A stretch of DNA of 63,060 bases, the filler included, from Octopus bimaculoides (lineage: Eukaryota), in the NCBI RefSeq assembly GCF_001194135.2. It is 7 parts of 7 records of this genome, joined end to end, with 100 filler letters (N's around TTAATTAATTAA, not from the genome) between each part and the next. Parts side by side here need not be neighbours in the genome. Positions count along the whole stretch, not along the records: positions 52,102 to 63,060 come from NC_068997.1; 6 more parts are not named here. One strand, given 5' to 3'. Positions 54,613 through 63,060 of this stretch are shown here, piece after piece (within the stretch, counting starts at the first letter, position 1; the number at the start of each line of letters is the position of its first letter). The translations under genes were made by a program, and so were the position numbers. The notes under the pieces were generated by a model that was given only the letters and a program-made list of their open reading frames with translations, searched no databases and was not told the origin of the DNA.

Positions 54613-54779
54613 TTGAGGAATCAAATGGAGTAAAGCATCGGTGGCCAATGTTCCAACTGCAAGTCCTTCGAAAAACGCCATCGTATAACCATAGACTTTC
54701 TTCTGGCATATATTCATGAATACTCCAAGAAGCGAACAAAAACAGATTACCGCAACAGCTAATATTCCATAGCCATAGT
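54613..54779 (-). CDS. SLC39A: Internal coding exon of a ZIP (LIV-1 subfamily) zinc/metal transporter, TM1-TM2
   Basis: Acceptor tttctatttgtag|AC and donor CAA|gttagt give a 167-nt phase 1-0 exon. It encodes YGYGILAVAVICFCSLLGVFMNICQKKVYGYTMAFFEGLAVGTLATDALLHLIPQ (LAVGTL.xDALLHLIP signature). Paralog not determinable. Confidence 0.93.
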
Positions 54780-55300
54780 CTACAAATAGAAATAAATTTT
54801 ATTTTTGAAAGAAGTTGGAACTCAGATGCGGATTATCTTCAGCTAATCCTGTTTATCAACTTTTATTTCGTTTGTTTTTACATTTGATTGTAAGTTCTAG
54901 AAAATCATCCTTTTTTTTCTTTTTAATAACTTCATTTCATCTTGAAAATGCACAATCTGGTGTGTTTAGTTAAATAACTTGTTAACGTATGCTGTGAGTT
55001 TCTTTGCCCTAGGAGTCGGGAAGACACTCGGCAAGGAGTGGAAACAAAATTGAACGAAGAAGTTATAATAATAATAACCCTTTCTATTATAAGCACAAGG
55101 CCTGAAACTTGAGGGGAGGAGGTGGTCGATCACAGCAATCCCAGGACTTGACTAGTACTTAATTTATCGACCCCCGAAAGGATGAAAGGTAAAATTGACC
55201 TCGGCGGAATTTGAACTCAGAACGACAAGGCGGACAAAAATACCGCGAAGCATTTCGCCCAGCGTGCTAACGTTTCTGCCATATCACCGCCTTAAAGATG

Positions 55301-55401
<101 letters not shown>

Positions 55402-55991
55402 TGTTTAATGTCTGCTGTCCATGCTAGCATGGGTTGGACGATTTGACTGAGGACTAGCGAACCAGATGGCTGCACCAGGCTCCAATCTCATCTGCCAGAT
55501 TTTCTACAGCTGGATGCCCTTCCTAACGCCAACCACTCCGAGAGTGTAGTGGGTGCCTTTACGTGCCACCGGCACGAGGGCCAGTCAGTCCGTACTGGTA
55601 ACAGCCACGTTCAAATGGTGTTTTTTACGTGCCACCTGCACAGGAGCCAGTCCAGCGGCACTGGCAACGGCCTCGCTCGAATGTTTTTTCACGTGCCAGT
55701 TAATAATGATAATAATAATGGCTTCCAATTTTGGCACAAGCTCGGCAATTTTAGTGGAAGGGGTTAGTCGAACTGGTACTTTATTTTATGGACCCCGCCC
55801 CTCCGAAGGATGAAAGACAAAGACGGCTCCGGAGGGATTTCAGCTCAAAACGTAAAGATCTTTATATTTTGAGTTCAAGTCCAGCCCAGGTCAACTTTGT
55901 CTTTCATCATTCCGTGGTCGATAAAATAGAGTAACAGTTCAGTACAGGGGTAGATGTAATCGACTCCTCCTCACCCTAAAATTGCTGGTCC

Positions 55992-56024
<33 letters not shown>

Positions 56025-57057
56025 TTTTGGCGATGTTGTTGTAGTCATCAATTACTGCAGTTATTAAGAATAGAAAATAGATTAATTGCCCTTTTGCCAT
56101 TCCTTTCCGTATGTCTTTGTTGTAAGTAGATTTTATTTTAAAATATCTAATTCAGCGATGAATTGAAAAATGGGTTTGTCGAAGTTTTTCATTTACCATA
56201 AAGTATCTGCTACAAACATTTCTTAAGTGGGGAAGACGCTTTATAGTTTCCTTCAGAATTTTCATGTTTATTTGCATTTTGTGAATGCAAAATTGAAATT
56301 TTTAAGGAATAACCAGAAGTGAAAGACAGTATCCAAGATCTTTTCGAAATTCACCGAAATTGGAGTGGAGGTAAACGGAGGAAGTTATCTCTTGACCAGA
56401 GACCTGACCAGAAGGCATCAGACAAGAGCGAAGGTATGGCGTTAAATCAATGGAAGGATTATGGAATTTAACCATTTGGCTGTTACACCTCACAATAATA
56501 TATCCCTAACAAACGCACATTGACTAAATATTTTTAGTTGCTGTGATCGAGGTCAGCCCTGACGAAACAAATCTAGTAATTTCATTTGCGATCTTCCTGT
56601 GTTTTCCAGAGGAACAGCTCGCTCGAGACCGCATTATTCAACGTATCTTGTACTGTAGTTGTTGCTGTTCGTAAAACAATGAGATGAAAGAGACTCAGCA
56701 GCTATTTCTAACAAGTCAAGCTACCACGTAGAGACTTTCAAACTAACTCTATAAATGTCATTAATTATATTGAAAGTAAGATTTACTCACGTTTGTACTG
56801 GCTTGGTTTATCAGCTTTTTTCCGGCAAGAACTAGAAAGAAGTTGTTGTATAAGAGCGGGACTGAGTTCCCTAAATTTTTCTGGCAACAAAAGTGATGCA
56901 TTATCATTTTGATCCTTGAAGATAGCTAATAGTTCCGAGCTGTCAAAACAATCGCTTACCTATAAAAAGAAAATTGTGGCAAAGACATAATTATACAAAG
57001 TGGAAAACAAACACACGAACCATTGGTCAAGCTCAAGGAAACAAGGACATCGGGTGC

Positions 57058-57152
57058 CTGGTAACGGATAATCACGTTGGATGACCGGTAACGAATGATC
57101 ACACTGGATGACTGATAACGAATGACCACGTTGGACGACTGGTAACAAATGA
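57058..57152 (+). repeat. 27-bp minisatellite (about 3.4 units)
   Basis: GGTAACG.AT.A.CAC.TTGGA.GAC. at 57060, 57087, 57114 and 57141. Confidence 0.8.
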
Positions 57153-57438
57153 GGGGGGATAAAATGTCATATCTTTACTTTGAGGGATCAAATCACGATG
57201 AGATCTATATTGCTGTTCATCTTTGAGCGGTAGGTAAAATAAAATGCCAGTTAAATACTGATCGATTTTATGGATTATATATTACGTGCCGCCTCTAAAA
57301 TTTGACTCTGTCCCAAGGGTAGAAACCATTATTCAAAAACATTTTTCCTTTCTCAGATTGTGTGTCTAAAGATTAAACTTCACTCTTGTATTATAAACAA
57401 TATCAAAGGAATGGCAACTTCGCTATCATTTCTCAGGC

Positions 57439-57489
<51 letters not shown>

Positions 57490-58539
57490 GAATTTATTTA
57501 AAAAAAGGCGAAGATAGGTGTATAAACAACAAACAGCTGTATTAGTTTAGCNNNNNNNNNNNNNNNNNNNNNNNNNNNNNNNNNNNNNNNNNNNNNNNNN
57601 NNNNNNNNNNNNNNNNNNNNNNNNNNNNNNNNNNNNNNNNNNNNNNNNNNNNNNNNNNNNNNNNNNNNNNNNNNNNNNNNNNNNNNNNNNNNNNNNNNNN
57701 NNNNNNNNNNNNNNNNNNNNNNNNNNNNNNNNNNNNNNNNNNNNNNNNNNNNNNNNNNNNNNNNNNNNNNNNNNNNNNNNNNNNNNNNNNNNNNNNNNNN
57801 NNNNNNNNNNNNNNNNNNNNNNNNNNNNNNNNNNNNNNNNNNNNNNNNNNNNNNNNNNNNNNNNNNNNNNNNNNNNNNNNNNNNNNNNNNNNNNNNNNNN
57901 NNNNNNNNNNNNNNNNNNNNNNNNNNNNNNNNNNNNNNNNNNNNNNNNNNNNNNNNNNNNNNNNNNNNNNNNNNNNNNNNNNNNNNNNNNNNNNNNNNNN
58001 NNNNNNNNNNNNNNNNNNNNNNNNNNNNNNNNNNNNNNNNNNNNNNNNNNNNNNNNNNNNNNNNNNNNNNNNNNNNNNNNNNNNNNNNNNNNNNNNNNNN
58101 NNNNNNNNNNNNNNNNNNNNNNNNNNNNNNNNNNNNNNNNNNNNNNNNNNNNNNNNNNNNNNNNNNNNNNNNNNNNNNNNNNNNNNNNNNNNNNNNNNNN
58201 NNNNNNNNNNNNNNNNNNNNNNNNNNNNNNNNNNNNNNNNNNNNNNNNNNNNNNNNNNNNNNNNNNNNNNNNNNNNNNNNNNNNNNNNNNNNNNNNNNNN
58301 NNNNNNNNNNNNNNNNNNNNNNNNNNNNNNNNNNNNNNNNNNNNNNNNNNNNNNNNNNNNNNGCTAACGATTCTACCAGCTCGCCGCCTTACGTATAACA
58401 CGGAAGAACGTCACTCACTTTTTTCATCGGCTGAACAGCTCGTTTGGAATGCTGATGGTCATGCGCTTCTTTTTCTTGATTCTTTGTTCCAAGACCTAGT
58501 AGCTTAATTAATTTCTTAAAATCTAGAAAACATAAAAGG

Positions 58540-58810
58540 AATAATTGCAGTGTGGAAGGTGTTTATAAGCCATTTAAAAACACACTGACAAAATTCCGTG
58601 GAATTTTGTCACAGAATTTTGTCAATGAACAGGTAGTGGTCTTAAAACGACGAAAATATTTTGGCAAATTAAATTTAAACGTTGAAGTGAATCTAACGGT
58701 TCTTGTGTGTTTTTAAATGGCTTATAAACACCTTCCATGCTGCAATTATTTTTGTTTCAACACACGATCTCAGATCAGGTCACTTGCTATGCAAGTACAT
58801 CTCCAAAATT
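58540..58810. mobile_element. Inverted-repeat element with HHR-shaped fold
   Basis: 46-bp arms at 58540-58585 and 58706-58750; perfect 12-bp hairpin TGACAAAATTCC-gt-GGAATTTTGTCA; HHR-like fold at 58618-58668. Confidence 0.7.
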
Positions 58811-60309
58811 AAGGAAATCAAACTGAAATAAAATATTCATTTTCTGGTAATCTGTTAATTCTTAAATAATGTTAATTTAACTGGCACTCCGTCGGTTAAA
58901 ACGACGAAGCTTCCAGCTGATCCAGTCAATGGAACAGCCTGCAAGTGAAATTACCGCGCAGGTGGCTGAGCACTCCACAGACACGCATACCTTTAACGTA
59001 GTTCTCAGAGAGATTCAGTGTGACATAGAATATAACAAGGCTGGCCCTTTTGAATTACAGGTACAGCTCTTTTTTTTGCCAGATGAGTAGAATGGAGTAA
59101 CATGAAAGAAAGTGTCTTGCTCAAGGACACAATGCATTGCTGGAAATCGAACTCGCTACTCTACCATCGTGAACCGAATACCCTTACCATTAAGCCATTA
59201 GTTTATTTTCATTTAGCAATACAGCTACATCACTTGCGTTTTATACAGAGATCCAATATGTTACAATAAAAATTTGGTAAAGAAATTGTCTTACCATCTT
59301 TAGACATGTGATTTTTCGATCCAAAATTATTAAATATGTAGTTAATAAACGCACTTCTCTCTGGCAACAACCGGCAACTTTCGTGAATGGTTGAAGCTAA
59401 AAGAAACAAGTCGATATTATATTAAGCTGAAATAGTTTAAAAATAAACAATCTACAAAAAGATGCTTTCACGAATTACTACTGAAGTTCTTCGATATTAT
59501 TTGCATATGTTTCCTTCTTTTTATTTAATACTAGCAACGCCCATTGGATTTCAAATGTAAAAACGAAATTGTGCAGCTGGTTGGAAGTATATATAAAAGT
59601 ATAAAAATTAGTGTTTCTTTTGAAACTGTATATTCTGCATTATTCTCATAAATTAAGTACCAGTTGCGTGCTGAGGTTGATTTAATCTACTGCNNNNNNN
59701 NNNNNNNNNNNNNNNNNNNNNNNNNNNNNNNNNNNNNNNNNNNNNNNNNNNNNNNNNNNNNNNNNNNNNNNNNNNNNNNNNNNNNNNNNNNNNNNNNNNN
59801 NNNNNNNNNNNNNNNNNNNNNNNNNNNNNNNNNNNNNNNNNNNNNNNNNNNNNNNNNNNNNNNNNNNNNNNNNNNNNNNNNNNNNNNNNNNNNNNNNNNN
59901 NNNNNNNNNNNNNNNNNNNNNNNNNNNNNNNNNNNNNNNNNNNNNNNNNNNNNNNNNNNNNNNNNNNNNNNNNNNNNNNNNNNNNNNNNNNNNNNNNNNN
60001 NNNNNNNNNNNNNNNNNNNNNNNNNNNNNNNNNNNNNNNNNNNNNNNNNNNNNNNNNNNNNNNNNNNNNNNNNNNNNNNNNNNNNNNNNNNNNNNNNNNN
60101 NNNNNNNNNNNNNNNNNNNNNNNNNNNNNNNNNNNNNNTATATAAGTAAAGATTATTTGTGAACATGATGTGGCAGTCCCGGTTGGGATGAATGTCACTG
60201 TTGTTTTAGCCCCAGGAAACATCGTCTCCAGCTGGCTTTACGACACACATCTGTGTCCTAATATTTTCGAAGAGGGGAGCCCAGTACCCCCACTCAGCAG
60301 AAATCAACA

Positions 60310-60354
60310 TCTGTGGACCGTGGATTCTGGATTATTTCCCTTCCTCGGCACAGA
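60310..60354 (-). ncRNA. Mirror hammerhead copy (core CCGAGGA, GAAU mutation)
   Basis: UCUGUG-CCGAGGA-AGGGAAAUAAUCCA-GAAU-CCACG-GUC/CACAGA. Confidence 0.5.
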
Positions 60355-60680
60355 ATAACTGCTTGGCTGAGATATATATAGTTTTCAAAGTGACACACAA
60401 AGTGATGCACAAACACTGATCTACTAAATAGAAACGTTATTATTTCTAAATCTCTCAACGAGAGACATACAATAACACTACTGTACCGAGACTGTCACAT
60501 TATGCTGGCAACTAACCTTTACTTTAAAGTACTGTTAATGTATGTCTCTCGTTGAGACATTTGGAAATAATAACGTTTCTATTTAGTAGATCAGTGCTTG
60601 TGTATCACTTTGTGTATCACTTTGAAAACTATATATTTTCGAACGAGAATTTAGCAGTGTCATCTCAGCCAAGCAGTTAT

Positions 60681-60725
60681 TCTGTGTCGAGGAAGGGAAA
60701 TAACCCAGAAACCGCGGTCCACAGA
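60681..60725 (+). ncRNA. Variant minimal type I hammerhead (core UCGAGGA)
   Basis: UCUGUG-UCGAGGA-A GGG aaauaa CCC A-GAAA-CCGCG-GUC/CACAGA. Helix I is 6 perfect bp; palindrome ACCGCGGU. Confidence 0.65.
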
Positions 60726-60924
60726 TATTGCTTTGTGCTGGGTGACGGTGCTGAGCTTCCCTGTTCGAAAATATAAGGACACAGATGTGTGTCATATAGC
60801 CAACTGGAGACGATGTTTCCTGGGGCTAAAACAACAGTAACATTCATCCCAAGCGGGACTGCCACATTATGTTGGCAAATAATCTATATTTTAAAGACTG
60901 TTACTCTATGTCTTTCGTATCCTT

Positions 60925-63060
60925 TGCAATAAACACCTGTTAGCAACTTTCATATCAGTGGAAGGCAAGTTATTGGTCAGTAGTTACTTGCTATATTTCC
61001 TCTCTTTTTTTGTCTTTCAATATCAGCACCGTCCTGCCTTTCTTCATCCATACAGGGACATCTCCTGTCTCAATACAACTATTTGGTTGCGTTCTCATTC
61101 TATCATGAAGCACAGTGAAACATTTTAGCCAAAATTCCTGGATTTAGCCAAAATTCTGATCCAGAAGATTGCCAGTTTGGCATCCGGTTCAAAGATTTCT
61201 TAACTTTTCTCCTATGATCTTTGTGTTTCTCTGTATTGGCAAATCTGTGTTATTTGCCTTTATTTATTTATTTTTTAACAATCCTGCATCGTCATTGTGC
61301 TTCGCCTTTTGGCTCCAAATATTTCTCCAGAATTCCTGTCTCTTTCTTGTTAGGCGATACTTTCACTGTAACATCTCCATTTAGTTCCTTATAAAAATTT
61401 GCTTTCATCTGTTTCAAACATTTTGTCTAAACTGTTCAATTCTGTTCTTGTATCTCTTGATCTTGGCAGCTTTTCTTTCTATCCTTAGTTTTAATTCTTC
61501 CATTACTCCACTCTATCTTCTTTGTTTCGACTAGAACTTTCTTTGGATTACTTCATGGAATCTAATTTTCATTTTCTTCCTGTTGCTAAGAATCTCTACC
61601 CTCGCAAGACCTTTTCGGAGCTGATCTACCTGTCCCTTCAATCGCTTTTCCCAACAGGGTTCTCTTTCTTTCTCTTGGGATTGTCTTTCTGTTACTACCA
61701 CTGTTGCAGTATACATTCATTTGTTGGTCATGGTGCCATCATTACTTCTGATCTTGCCAAAGACTTGCTTAACTATCTATATCCCTTTCACTATTTTGCT
61801 CTTCCTTGTCTTTCTTATTGATGGTAATCTTTTTCTTTCATCTGACTCGGTAATATTATGTAATCTATTAGCAATAACCAGCTCTTCATAGCAAAAGTTA
61901 TGTTCTGGTTCCTTATGCTCAGTTAGGGGTCTCCCAATACAAGATGTCTGAACCTGCATGTCTCTGCTTTCAGTGTATTTTGACATTGATCCGTATTACA
62001 TTGCTGTTTTCCGTCTTGTAGATTCTGCGTTTGATTTCTTCGGTTTGTACTTCTATCAAGCAGCCTTTCTATTTCATGCCTTACTTGGTCACTTAGTCTC
62101 TCTGTCAAGTTACATCAAAAAATTCTTTTTCAAAGCCATATCTCTCTCGTCCTATCCATGTAACCAAATCTGTTAGGTTCACTTCAGATGTAACATTCCA
62201 TCACAGTTGCATTTAATCTGCTCCAGTCGCTTTTTCCTCCTTTCTTTCGTACCGCCGCAGCAGCTAGATGACGACCGGGCCAACCCTGCTGTGTAGTAGG
62301 CCTCCTGCAGGATGTGATATTTTACCATTATCACTCCCAACCTCATTCACACCGTTGGTCAATACATTTGACATTTTGTATTTGACATTTTCGCTCTTAG
62401 TAAGGGTTGTGATGAGGTGACACAACTACCGGTGTTTTTAGTGTGACACCATCTCTAGAGGGGTTGCCAAGGCTAACGAGGAATCCCCATGAGACAGACT
62501 TTATCCCACCAGACGCCAGCCTGGTAAACCATGCTCTCGGGGTGAGCTTAGAGGTAACCTCATTATTCTCACGTTGCGACTCCACAATCGGGTGCAATTT
62601 CACACCACACCCAGGACGTATTATTACTAGTACAACACAATTGCTCGTATTGTTGTTATCAATGGTGGTGATAGCTCTGTTCTTGTAATCTACATTGTTA
62701 CTTTTGGCGTCTTTGTCATTATTTCCGTTGTCCTGAATTTTTCCTGAAGCCACAATGAATTTCCCGCCATTGTTCTTCTCCTTTCTATGGTTGTCGCTGC
62801 TGTTGTCTTTTCTCCTTGCACTGAGTTCACTCCGTAGTCATGACGATTCAACTGTAGTTGTTATTGTTGTTGTTGTTGCTGAGAAACAACTCTAAAAATG
62901 TGTTCGCTACTTTCTCTAGCCATAGAAAATGGAGTGACAGTTTCCCACCTGCTGGTGTCGCTGTTGCTACCCTATGTGGGGTAAATTAGCCACTAGGGCC
63001 TAACACTATCTCTTTCCTTGCATCAGCTACTTTCCTGGTTCTTTTTGTCTCCCATAGAAA
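60925..63060 (-). mobile_element. Degenerate R4/Dong-type (RLE) non-LTR retrotransposon, 5' part
   Basis: VMECY...TERLSDQVR, EPCWEKRLKGQVDQLRK, and RT start KKRGNIASNY*PITCLPLI*KLLTG (manual, about 60940-61010). Confidence 0.8.

Larger units (their letters stand above)
60141..60896. mobile_element. Non-autonomous HHR element: 367-nt unit with direct terminal repeat (60490-60896) plus near-complete inverted copy (60141-60481)
   Basis: Two near-identical ORF translations on opposite strands (60170+, 60677-). The ACTG.CACATTATG.TGGCAA motif occurs at 60491, at 60858 and inverted near 60150-60180. Homologous to the 44 kb unit. Confidence 0.85.

Noticed and set aside
60615-60670. Second HHR-like CTGAGATGA...GAAA on the minus strand of the right arm
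   Set aside because: Wrong core spacing and no helix I or II pairing.
60170-60865. Two paralogous 62-aa ORFs (MAVP.GMNVTVVLAPGNIVSSW...)
   Set aside because: They are mirror images within the foldback HHR element, with no protein-family features; treated as non-coding.
60141-60896. Kolobok-type MITE interpretation (TTAA near the right end)
   Set aside because: The terminal motif also occurs internally as a direct repeat and the unit holds an HHR, which fits a pLTR/retrozyme architecture better.
62880-63060. HDV-like ribozyme at the R4 5' end
   Set aside because: No nested double pseudoknot could be built by eye; the true 5' end may lie outside the window.

Overview
AT-rich, microsatellite- and transposon-dense animal genomic DNA with many N-gaps. 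The SINE families and repeat style suggest an octopus (coleoid cephalopod); this is inference. Two host-gene exons are supported, both on the minus strand: an Ig-domain exon resembling Ig1 of Ihog/CDON/BOC (5369-5653) and a TM1-TM2 exon of a LIV-1-type SLC39A/ZIP metal transporter (54613-54779). The rest is decayed retroelements (five or more Penelope-like elements, a Gypsy 5' half, CR1-, RTE- and R4/Dong-type LINEs), SINEs, DNA-transposon relics and simple repeats. The most notable signal is a set of minimal type I hammerhead ribozyme (HHR) folds found by eye at about 7 loci from several unrelated repeat families. They occur in a 128-bp tandem array attached to a Penelope endonuclease end, in a 330/367-nt unit family with a direct terminal repeat plus an inverted copy, and in palindromic HHR pairs; some have non-canonical cores. 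This looks like a retrozyme-like, Penelope-mobilised non-autonomous ribozyme system. All folds were paired by hand and none has been tested computationally or biochemically.
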